Assembly (NCBI GenBank): GCA_016432365.1
Contig: CP066686.1
Coordinates: 554,319 to 618,318, forward strand
Direction of reading: 5' to 3'
DNA from: Candidatus Woesebacteria bacterium
GTDB lineage: Bacteria > Patescibacteriota > Microgenomatia > UBA8517
DNA length: 64,000 bases
Shown: in pieces, positions 19,344-27,595 of the stretch
How positions within the stretch are numbered: position 1 is the stretch's first letter
Layout of the letters: every line of letters starts with the position of its first letter
Made by a program: the position numbers and the translations under genes
Notes under the pieces: generated by a model
Databases searched by the model: none
Told to the model about the DNA's origin: nothing
The model's input: only the letters and a program-made list of their open reading frames with translations

Positions 19344-20702
19344 ATGGACCTAATGGAAAAAGTTGTGGCTCTTGCCAAAAGGAGGGGTTTTGTTTATCCA
19401 TCCTCAGAATTATATGGCGGAATGGCAAACGTTTATGATTTTGGGCCTGCCGGAACTCTTCTTAAAAATAATATACGAGATCTCTGGCTCAAGAAATTTG
19501 TTTTAGACCGTGACGACATGGTTGTGATTGATGCCGCGACAATTCTCAAACCTGAAATTTGGGAGGCGTCGGGTCATTTAGCTGGATTTAACGAGGCATT
19601 AATTGATTGCAAAGAATGTAAAAATAGGGCACGAGCAGATCATCTGATCGAGAATTTTCTTCCGGATAAAAAAGTTGAAGGTCTTAAGTTTGAGGAGCTG
19701 GAGAAAATTATTGACGAAAATAAAATTCCTTGTCCGAAATGCGGAAAATTCGATTGGACAAAAATTAGGAAATTTAATCAACTAGTAGAAATTAAACTCG
19801 GTGTACTTGAAGAAGGAAAAAACATGGCGTATCTTCGGGGAGAAATAGCCCAGGGAATTTTTATAAACTTCAAAAACGTTTTAGACTCAACTCGTGTAAA
19901 AATTCCATTTGGAATCGCCCAACAGGGAAAGGCTTATAGAAATGAAATAACGATGGGGCAATTTACTCATCGGTCTTTTGAGTTTGACTTAATGGAGTTT
20001 GAATATTTTATTAAATCGGAAGGTTGGGAAAAGGTTTTTGATATGTGGAAAGAAGAGATGTGGAAATTCGCGCTTTCTCTTGGAATAAAAGAGGAAAATC
20101 TAAGATGGCGCGAACACGAGGAATTCGAGCGATCTTTTTATTCCAAAAAGACAATGGATATTGAATATAAATATCCATTTGGGTTTAAAGAAATGTTCGG
20201 AATTGCTTATAGGACTGATTATGATTTAAAAAATCATTCAAAGAATACAGGTAAGGACTTGGATTACCGCGATCCTTATACAAACGAAGTTTATACACCG
20301 CATGTTATTGAACCCACGTTCGGGCTTTCCAGATTAACGGGAATTCTTCTTTTTAATGGGTATAGCGAGGATGGAGAAAGGGTTGTATTAAAGCTTGATC
20401 CCAAAATCGCTCCATATAAGGTGGCAGTATTTCCGCTTCTTGGAAACAAACTAGAATTAACCGAAAAAGCGCGCGAAATTTATAAAAATCTCAAAAAAGA
20501 GTTTAACGTGGTGTGGGACGATCGGGGGAATATCGGTAAGCGTTATTTTGCTCAGGATGAAATTGGAACTCCTTGGTGTGTTACGGTCGATTTTCAGTCC
20601 CTGGACGACGATACAGTAACCGTACGCGACAGGGATACGGCAAATCAGGTAAGAATAGCCATTGACAAGTTATCTGAATATTTTCAAAATGGATTAAGGT
20701 AA
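19344..20702 (+). CDS. glyQS: Glycine--tRNA ligase, alpha2 (GlyQS) type
   Basis: LAKRRGF, WEASGH, YLRGE.AQG, PFGIAQ.GK..RNEI, PHVIEP, IGKRY..QDEIGTP and VTVRDRD motifs. Confidence 0.96.
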   Translation: MDLMEKVVALAKRRGFVYPSSELYGGMANVYDFGPAGTLLKNNIRDLWLKKFVLDRDDMVVIDAATILKPEIWEASGHLAGFNEALIDCKECKNRARADHLIENFLPDKKVEGLKFEELEKIIDENKIPCPKCGKFDWTKIRKFNQLVEIKLGVLEEGKNMAYLRGEIAQGIFINFKNVLDSTRVKIPFGIAQQGKAYRNEITMGQFTHRSFEFDLMEFEYFIKSEGWEKVFDMWKEEMWKFALSLGIKEENLRWREHEEFERSFYSKKTMDIEYKYPFGFKEMFGIAYRTDYDLKNHSKNTGKDLDYRDPYTNEVYTPHVIEPTFGLSRLTGILLFNGYSEDGERVVLKLDPKIAPYKVAVFPLLGNKLELTEKAREIYKNLKKEFNVVWDDRGNIGKRYFAQDEIGTPWCVTVDFQSLDDDTVTVRDRDTANQVRIAIDKLSEYFQNGLR

Positions 20703-20725
20703 CGAAACGATTTCGATATGTCATT

Positions 20726-21394
20726 ATGAATGTCATGAAAAAATATCTTCCATTGATTTTAATAAGTTTTGGAGTATTGATCGTAGCGTTTGTCGGAATT
20801 CTTATAGTCAAGTCTATGAAAGGAAGTACTTCTTCTATTCAAGAGGAAGAAATTATCCCCGAGCTTCCACAGTCACAGTGGCCTTCGGTTTCTCTTACAC
20901 CGACAAATAACCCCAGCGTTAAAGGGTCCGATGGGCATTGGTTGAATTTCAAAGTTCAGAAGATTAATGTTCCCGGCGCCGCCAGTATGGATTACCTCAT
21001 GGTTTATTCTACTAGTGATGGCGGTCAACAGGGCGTCCCGGGAACGGTTAAGTTAACAGGCGGTGACATTGAACGACCGTTGTTGCTTGGTTCCGAATCT
21101 TCTGGAAAGTTTAGATACGATGCAGGTGTGGAAAGAGGAACAATTACGATAACATTTCGTGATGGGAATGGTAAGTCGATGGGTAAACTTTCTACCGACT
21201 TTCATTTACAATCAGATACAACCGAATTGACCTCTATTGATGGAAAGTTCATTTATAAGCTAGATAAAGTAGCTAAAGGAGTGTTTTTTGTAACAATGCC
21301 AACTTTTGTTCAGCCTGATTCCTCAATATATGTTACCTGGTCTGATGGCTATGGTGTTTTTGCTTCAGATGGTAAACCTCATAGTGGTAAGTAA
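20726..21394 (+). CDS. Hypothetical membrane-anchored protein
   Basis: N-terminal TM helix followed by a beta-rich domain (LLLGSESSGKFRYD). Confidence 0.7.
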   Translation: MNVMKKYLPLILISFGVLIVAFVGILIVKSMKGSTSSIQEEEIIPELPQSQWPSVSLTPTNNPSVKGSDGHWLNFKVQKINVPGAASMDYLMVYSTSDGGQQGVPGTVKLTGGDIERPLLLGSESSGKFRYDAGVERGTITITFRDGNGKSMGKLSTDFHLQSDTTELTSIDGKFIYKLDKVAKGVFFVTMPTFVQPDSSIYVTWSDGYGVFASDGKPHSGK

Positions 21395-21446
21395 CTTCTA
21401 GACTGTTTGATCCACTTGCGATTATTTTGTTCGGTGAAAATTGGGG

Positions 21447-21500
21447 TTGACATCTTGTGAAAAAATATCATAATGGTTGTTAATGGTGAGAAATGGTGAT
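21447..21500 (+). promoter_or_regulatory. dcw promoter (TTGACA-16-CATAAT) with three 10-bp-periodic AATGGT repeats, putative MraZ operator
   Basis: TTGACA at 21447-52, CATAAT at 21469-74; taatggttgt/taatggtgag/aaatggtgat at 21471-21500. Confidence 0.75.
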
Positions 21501-21554
21501 TACCAAATCAAGCCAGAATAAATATGAACCTGCCCAGTTCGAAATATTGTCGCT

Positions 21555-21992
21555 ATGCTTCTAGGAACTTATCCAACCAAAATTCTTGCAGGCCGTCGAG
21601 TCGCAGTGCCGTCAGCCTTCCGTTCTCAGCTTGGGGAAACTTACATATTAGCCAGATGGTACGAAGAGTGTTTAGTTTTGGTGAATAAGAGTCTTTTAAG
21701 CGCACTTTTGACAAGAATTACAGGTGGAGATAAATCAATTGTCGAACCAATAAGACTAACGGAACATTTTATATTTGCATCAGCCTATGAGGTTCTACCG
21801 GATGAACAAGGAAGAATTGTAATACCGGAAAGACTAGCAAATTACGCGAAACTAACTGAACAAGTGTACTTTTTGGGCGTGGGGGATAGAGTAGAAATCT
21901 GGAACAAAGAAGTTTGGGACGAAAAAGAGAGTGTTGTAGCCAAGAATGCGGCAGAGTACATCGAACAGCTATCAAAAAAATATGGAAAATAA
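21555..21992 (+). CDS. mraZ: Transcriptional regulator MraZ
   Basis: GR.AVP..FR, DEQGRIVIP and GVGDRVEIW motifs; first gene of the dcw cluster. Confidence 0.95.
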   Translation: MLLGTYPTKILAGRRVAVPSAFRSQLGETYILARWYEECLVLVNKSLLSALLTRITGGDKSIVEPIRLTEHFIFASAYEVLPDEQGRIVIPERLANYAKLTEQVYFLGVGDRVEIWNKEVWDEKESVVAKNAAEYIEQLSKKYGK

Positions 21993-22872
21993 TACCAAGA
22001 ATAAATATCACGAGTCGGTAATGGTAGATGAAGCCATAAAGGGCTTGCACATTGAAAAAGGCTTGAAGTACATAGATTGTACGGCCGGTAATGGCGGACA
22101 CATGGAGGCAATCTTAAAAATGGGTGGACAGGTTTTGGGAATTGATTTAGATCCGGCAATGCTTGCGGTTACACAAAAGCGTTTAGAAATTTTCCGGGAT
22201 TTTAAACTCGTTCAAGGTAATTTTGTGAATATAGATAGGATTGCAAGAAATAACAACTGGTCCCCGGTAAACGGAATCCTCCTTGACTTGGGTGTAAGCA
22301 ATATCCATTTGAAGGACCTTGAAAGGGGATTTTCGTTCGAAAACCCCGAAGCGATACTTGATATGCGTCTTGATCCAAATACTCAGGATATTAAGGGTTC
22401 TGATTTATTAAATATCTTGCGTGAGGATCAACTTGAAGATTTATTTTCAGTAAGCCTTGATCCCGGCGCCGCGAAGTGGATTACGGGTAGGGTTTTGCAT
22501 TCAAGAATGGCTAAACCCGTCGAGACGGTCGGAGACATGCTCGAAATTTGTGAAGGGCTTCGTACGGGAAAGCCCGGAATGAGCATTGCGACTCTTCCGT
22601 TTTTAGCATTAAGAATTGCGGTAAATAGCGAATTAACGAATTTAAAAGAGGTCTTGCCGGTTGCCTTTGACCTTTTGGAGAGCGACGGGCGTTTAGTGGT
22701 TATTAGTTTTCACTCAGGGGAAGACAAGATAGTAAAAGAATTTATTAAGGGGAAAGGGCAAACAGGAGAAGGTAAAATGATTACTTTTGCGCCAATAAGA
22801 GCGGGAGAAACCGAAATTGATTTAAACAGACGCGCGAGAAGCGCAAAGATGAGAATTATTCAAAAAATATGA
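21982..22872 (+). CDS. rsmH: 16S rRNA m4C1402 methyltransferase
   Basis: HESVM..E, IDCT.G.GGH, DLGVS, RGFSF, LDMR, ALRIAVN.EL, ISFHS.ED and RARSAKMR motifs. Confidence 0.96.
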   Translation: MENNTKNKYHESVMVDEAIKGLHIEKGLKYIDCTAGNGGHMEAILKMGGQVLGIDLDPAMLAVTQKRLEIFRDFKLVQGNFVNIDRIARNNNWSPVNGILLDLGVSNIHLKDLERGFSFENPEAILDMRLDPNTQDIKGSDLLNILREDQLEDLFSVSLDPGAAKWITGRVLHSRMAKPVETVGDMLEICEGLRTGKPGMSIATLPFLALRIAVNSELTNLKEVLPVAFDLLESDGRLVVISFHSGEDKIVKEFIKGKGQTGEGKMITFAPIRAGETEIDLNRRARSAKMRIIQKI

Positions 22873-23183
22873 TCAAAAAAATACAGGTAAAAAATACAAA
22901 CAAGAAAGGAAATTTAAAGAATTATATTCTTATTTCAATATGCGGAGTGCTCGCCATCCTCTCGGTTGCAATGACCGTAGAAACCGCAACCAGTGGTTTG
23001 GAAATCGCTTCATTTGAAAAAACTGAGGGAAGTTTAATCGACACGAGACGGGATCTCGAGGAAACCTTGGTAAAAACTCTATCGAGCCGTGAACTTCAAC
23101 AAAAAAGTGAAGAGTTGGGTTTTACAAACCCCGAAAACTTAGTTTATATTACTCAAATTTTGCCTGTTGCCAAACTTCCTTGA
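22869..23183 (+). CDS. ftsL: Cell division protein FtsL-like
   Basis: Basic N-terminus, TM helix, coiled coil and ELGF; lies between rsmH and the PBP gene. Confidence 0.65.
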   Translation: MIKKIQVKNTNKKGNLKNYILISICGVLAILSVAMTVETATSGLEIASFEKTEGSLIDTRRDLEETLVKTLSSRELQQKSEELGFTNPENLVYITQILPVAKLP

Positions 23184-23202
23184 AAGCGGAAAATGAAAAA
23201 GT

Positions 23203-24906
23203 ATGCGTGACAGGAAAAAAAACAAACCCGAGTGGAGACTTATAATTTTCTCTGTAATTTATTTGCTTCTTTTTACAGGATTAATTCTCAGACTTATTTA
23301 TTGGCAAGTTATAAGGGGAACGGATCTATCCGAGGGGGCTAAGGGTCAATATAAATCTTCTCGTATTACTGTTGCACCAAGGGGAAATATTTTGGCCAGC
23401 GATGGTAGTTTTTGGGCACTACGAACCGACGCCTGGTTTGTTTATGCGAACACCAACGAGCTTACTGCAAACGTTTCTGACGTGTCAAACAAACTTGCAG
23501 TTCTTCTAGATGATGATGAGTCACGTTTGTTTAGTCTTTTGAGTAAAAAAAGTGCCTACGTACCTCTAAAACAGAAAATCGATAATGAGACTAAAAAAAA
23601 TATCGAAGCCCTAGGAATAAAGGGAATTGGCTTTGAAACACGGGAGGCGAGGTATTACCCGGAGGCTTCAACTGCGGCACAACTTTTGGGGTTTGTAGGC
23701 AAGGACGAAACCGGTGCCGATATTGGTTATTTTGGTCTGGAGGGCTACTACAACCTGCCTTTAAGCGGTAAACCGGGTTTTTTGGGAAGGGAAAAGGATG
23801 CTCACGGGTCACCCATTCTGATAGAGCCCGGTAAAAGCGTTTCAGCAATTAATGGAATTGATTTATTGACAAGTATCGACAAAAGAATACAAATTTTAGC
23901 AGAGGCAAAACTAAAAGAGGGTATAGAAAAATATGGGGCGTTAGGTGGCTCGATCACAATTGAGGACCCGAAAACGGGTGAAATATTGGCAATGGCAAGT
24001 TATCCATCATACGATCCAAGTAACTACAGTGAATACGGAAACTCCTTTTTTAAAAACCCGGTTATTTCCGATACATTTGAACCTGGATCAATTATGAAGG
24101 TGATTGTTATGGCAGCAGGACTAGATGCCGGACTGGTTAAACCGGATACAGAATGTGATATTTGCTCGGAGCCACTGAAGCTTGACAAGTACTTTATAAA
24201 AACTTGGAACAATAAGTACCACCCCAACATTTCGATGACGGACGTTATAGTTGACTCCGACAATGTCGGAATGGTTTTTGTGGGACAAAAATTGGGTGCT
24301 GATGGTTTGTACAGTTATTTTGACAATTTTGGTGTGGGCCAACTTACCGGAATAGATTTACAAGGCGAAAGTGCGCCACCCCTTAGAAAAAAGGGGACTT
24401 GGAATATGGTGGATTTGGCAACTGCCAGTTTCGGACAGGGAGTCGCTGTGACCGGCATTCAAATGGTTAGGGCTGTTTCTGCAATTGCTAATGGGGGATA
24501 TATGTTAATACCGAAAGTTGTAACCGGCTTAAAGGGCGATGGATGGGAAGAAAAAATTAAAGTAGAATCGCCCAAAAAAGTGATAAGTTCAGAAGCGGCT
24601 ACGCAGATCACACAAATGATGATCGAAGCGGCGGATAAAGGAGAGGCAAAGTGGGCAAAGGTTCCTGGTTTTAAGGTAGCAGGCAAAACCGGGACAGCTC
24701 AGATTCCGGTTGAAGGCCATTATGATTCTACAAATACGAACCATTCATTTATTGGTTTTGCCCCGGCAGATAAACCAAAATTTGTAATGCTTGTAACCTT
24801 AAAGTCTCCTCAGAGTTCGCCGTGGGCTGCTGAAACTGCAGCCCCACTTTGGTACACAGTTGCAAAAGAACTCTTTCTATATTTGGGGATTGAGCCCAGT
24901 CAGTAG
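23203..24906 (+). CDS. ftsI: Class B penicillin-binding protein (FtsI/PBP3)
   Basis: RGNI, RYYP, GLE, FEPGSIMK (SxxK), SDNVG (SxN) and AGKTGTAQ motifs. Confidence 0.92.
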   Translation: MRDRKKNKPEWRLIIFSVIYLLLFTGLILRLIYWQVIRGTDLSEGAKGQYKSSRITVAPRGNILASDGSFWALRTDAWFVYANTNELTANVSDVSNKLAVLLDDDESRLFSLLSKKSAYVPLKQKIDNETKKNIEALGIKGIGFETREARYYPEASTAAQLLGFVGKDETGADIGYFGLEGYYNLPLSGKPGFLGREKDAHGSPILIEPGKSVSAINGIDLLTSIDKRIQILAEAKLKEGIEKYGALGGSITIEDPKTGEILAMASYPSYDPSNYSEYGNSFFKNPVISDTFEPGSIMKVIVMAAGLDAGLVKPDTECDICSEPLKLDKYFIKTWNNKYHPNISMTDVIVDSDNVGMVFVGQKLGADGLYSYFDNFGVGQLTGIDLQGESAPPLRKKGTWNMVDLATASFGQGVAVTGIQMVRAVSAIANGGYMLIPKVVTGLKGDGWEEKIKVESPKKVISSEAATQITQMMIEAADKGEAKWAKVPGFKVAGKTGTAQIPVEGHYDSTNTNHSFIGFAPADKPKFVMLVTLKSPQSSPWAAETAAPLWYTVAKELFLYLGIEPSQ

Positions 24907-24920
24907 TATACTTATCTCTG

Positions 24921-26171
24921 ATGTCAAAATTAATTGTTACTGGCGGCAGAAAACTTGAAGGTAATATTAGCCTTTCAGGTAATAAGAACTCGGTTTTGAA
25001 GCTAATCCCAGCAGTTCTTCTTGCAGATTCCCCCTCTACTCTAACAAATGTACCTGATATATTGGATGTTTCTGTTGTGCTTCAGCTTATTGAGACTTTG
25101 GGAGCAAAAGTTACAAGGGACGGCCATTCGGTTACGATAGACCCTTCGGGATTACACTCTTTCGACTTGGATCCGGATCTTTCTGCAAAATTTAGAGCTT
25201 CGGTTGTCCTTGCTGCACCTCTTTTAGTCAAATTCGGCAAAGCGATCGTTACACCTCCTGGGGGAGACCAAATAGGAGACAGATTCTTGGATACCCATTT
25301 TTCTATGATGCAAAAGATGGGGGTTGAAATGAGGCGTGAAGATGGAAGGTTTTTCCTCACCTGGAACAAGAAAAAAACTGGTACCCTCTTCTTAGAAGAA
25401 GCTTCTGTGACTGCCACCGAAATGGCTCTAATGATGGCCACTTCTTCTCCGGACATCACAGTAGTTGAAAACGCTGCCACAGAACCTCACGTTACAGACT
25501 TAGGTAAACTGTTAATTAAAATGGGGGCAAAAATAACAGGTTTGGGTCTTAGTACCCTATCTATTTCCGGTGGAAAATTAAAAGGCGTTGAATACAGAGT
25601 TATGCCCGATCATATTGAAGGCGGTACGTTTGTGATAGCCTCGGCAATTACCGGCGGGCATATAAAAATAGATGATTTCATCCCCGAAGATCACAGGATG
25701 GCTCTAATCAATCTTGCAAACATGGGTGTTAAATTTGAGCTGTCAAAAAACAGTATCGAGGTTTTTCCGTCAAAATTGGTTGCTACTAGAAAGAAATTTA
25801 AAGCCCAACCTTGGCCGGGTTTTCCGACGGATCTCATGAGTCCTTTTATCGTTCTTGCCACACAAACCCAGGGAACGGTTCTCTGCCACGATTGGATGTA
25901 TGAATGGAGAATGTTTTTTGTAGACGATCTAATTTCAATGGGAGCAAATATTTTCATTGCTGACCCCCATAGAGTCATTGTTAGCGGCCCTACGCCTTTG
26001 ATGAGCGACAGACTTTTTTGTAAAGATATTAGGGCGGGGATTTCGGTAATATTAGCAGCCCTTATTGCGGACGGTAGGAGTGAAATAGAAAATATTGAAG
26101 TAGTTCAAAGAGGGTATGAAAGAATAGATGAAAGGTTAAGAAGTTTGGGAGCAGAGATAGTTACGAAATAA
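24921..26171 (+). CDS. murA: UDP-GlcNAc 1-carboxyvinyltransferase (Cys-to-Asp variant)
   Basis: SGNKN, RAS, PGGDQIG.R, SVTATE, ENAA.EP, PWPGFPTD, DIRAG and RGYE motifs. Confidence 0.96.
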   Translation: MSKLIVTGGRKLEGNISLSGNKNSVLKLIPAVLLADSPSTLTNVPDILDVSVVLQLIETLGAKVTRDGHSVTIDPSGLHSFDLDPDLSAKFRASVVLAAPLLVKFGKAIVTPPGGDQIGDRFLDTHFSMMQKMGVEMRREDGRFFLTWNKKKTGTLFLEEASVTATEMALMMATSSPDITVVENAATEPHVTDLGKLLIKMGAKITGLGLSTLSISGGKLKGVEYRVMPDHIEGGTFVIASAITGGHIKIDDFIPEDHRMALINLANMGVKFELSKNSIEVFPSKLVATRKKFKAQPWPGFPTDLMSPFIVLATQTQGTVLCHDWMYEWRMFFVDDLISMGANIFIADPHRVIVSGPTPLMSDRLFCKDIRAGISVILAALIADGRSEIENIEVVQRGYERIDERLRSLGAEIVTK

Positions 26172-27188
26172 ATGTCAGGTAAAACTCTCAAATTCCGTCA
26201 AAAAATTGTCACCTTCGGCGGAAAGACCGGACACTTCCAGCTACTGAATGGTTTAAAAAAATTCAACGATACCGAGTTTATTACTGCAGTTGTTGGGACA
26301 TGGGACAGCGGAGGAAGTAGCGGAGTCTTAAGAAGCGAACTTGGGGTTCTTCCCCCAGGGGACATCAGAGCCTGCCTTTTGGCTCTAATGGAAGATGATG
26401 AACAACAAAGAGTCGCTCAAAGATTGTTTGACGATAGGTTAAAGGAGGTGGTAGGCCCCTTAAAAGGACATTCCCTAGGAAACCTGATAGGAGTTAGGCT
26501 TGATCACATTTTTCATGGGCAGGATAGAGGAACGGATGCCGAGCGCTCGCTTTTTAGAATTCGTGGACATGTGCTTCCGGCGACATTAACAGATTTAAAC
26601 TTGGTTGCGGTTACAAAAAAAGGGAAAGAGATAGATGGCGAAACAAATATTGATACCCGCCGTGAACAAGATGGATTTGATCCAAAAGATAGGATTATGC
26701 GCATATATTTTGGTACACACGCAGACAGTAATCCCAGAGTCCTCGAGGCGATTAAAAAGGCAGACAAAATAGTTTTTGCTCCGGGTGACCTGTACACAAG
26801 TGTTTTACCCCATTTGCTTATAGCAGGAGTTCCGGAGGCAATTCAGAAAAGTCATGCAAAAGTTTACTTTGTTCTGAATTTAATTGAAAAAGAGGGAGAG
26901 ACAGATTATTTTAAAGCGTCAGATTTTGTAAAAGCGTTTATTTTTTACCTTGGTAATCCAAAACGATTGGATTACTTAGTTGCCAATGGTGGTAGTTTCG
27001 GCAGAGAAATTGTAAAGGTCTATGAAGGTGAAAAGAAAAAGGCTGTCAAACTTGATGAACCGACATGTAGAAAGATTGCTCCAAATGTAAACATAATTAA
27101 AACTAAATTGTGGGAATATCTTAAAACAGCACACCTACTTCGTCACGATTCGGAAAAACTTGCGCTTAGTATTTTACAAGAACGCTGA
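26172..27188 (+). CDS. glmR: YvcK/GlmR (CofD-like) UDP-GlcNAc-binding gluconeogenesis factor
   Basis: FGG.TG, DSGGSSG.LR.ELG.LPPGDIR.C, GHSLGNL, GE..I, PG.LYTS and RHD motifs. Confidence 0.88.
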   Translation: MSGKTLKFRQKIVTFGGKTGHFQLLNGLKKFNDTEFITAVVGTWDSGGSSGVLRSELGVLPPGDIRACLLALMEDDEQQRVAQRLFDDRLKEVVGPLKGHSLGNLIGVRLDHIFHGQDRGTDAERSLFRIRGHVLPATLTDLNLVAVTKKGKEIDGETNIDTRREQDGFDPKDRIMRIYFGTHADSNPRVLEAIKKADKIVFAPGDLYTSVLPHLLIAGVPEAIQKSHAKVYFVLNLIEKEGETDYFKASDFVKAFIFYLGNPKRLDYLVANGGSFGREIVKVYEGEKKKAVKLDEPTCRKIAPNVNIIKTKLWEYLKTAHLLRHDSEKLALSILQER

Positions 27189-27200
27189 ATGATATATAAT
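27173..27200 (+). promoter_or_regulatory. Putative sigma70 promoter of the glmS leader
   Basis: TTTACA at 27173-78, 16-bp spacer, TATAAT at 27195-27200. Confidence 0.55.
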
Positions 27201-27235
27201 TTGCTGAGAGGAAATAGGTAGTTCTTTTATTACAG

Positions 27236-27565
27236 AGCGTGTGGCCCCGCGAAGCCTTGGCGGAGTGGGGATACGAGGAAGAAGGTCCAAGGTATAAAAT
27301 TGATCGTTAGTCTTGGAAATCGTACCCGCATCATTTTGAATGATACGGAGTATCTGCGGAAACCTTCCGGCATGTTGAATGCCGAAATGATTTTTTTAAA
27401 ATTCCGGAGTAATCCGGAAAGTGAAGCCCCCCAACCTAACGGTCGGGGTATCTTCTCCCAAGCTTTGTCGGGAGCGAAATCCCCCAGAAGCGAAACATCT
27501 TCGCTTACCAGCGGGCTGACGCCCTAGGTATTTGCGAAGGGGGATAAAGAAAAATCTGGTCAACA
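27236..27565 (+). ncRNA. glmS ribozyme (GlcN6P-activated self-cleaving riboswitch), variant with insertions
   Basis: A|GCG cleavage site; P1 CCCCGC/GUGGGG; ACGAGG; P2 GAAGGU/ACCUUC; P2.1 CGA/UCG; P2.2 partner UCUGCGG; P3 CGGCA/UGCCG; P4 GAUUUUUUU/AGAAAAAUC; P4.1 UUCCGGA-GUAA-UCCGGAA; P3.1 UGUUGA/UCAACA; ends 30 nt before the glmS ATG. Confidence 0.88.
27421..27547. repeat. GC-rich multi-hairpin insertion (MITE/REP-like) within the ribozyme P4 region
   Basis: Self-contained hairpins (GAAG..CTTC, CTCCC/GGGAG, ATCCCCC/GGGGGAT, AAGCGAA/TTCGCTT, GGGC/GCCC); absent from canonical glmS ribozymes; repeat status is inferred. Confidence 0.45.
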
Positions 27566-27595
27566 ACTACTTCAGACCTTTCTATTAAAGTTTTT

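Noticed and set aside
27300-27527. 75-aa ORF upstream of glmS
   Set aside because: TTG start, no recognisable motif, and it lies wholly within the ribozyme and its insertion
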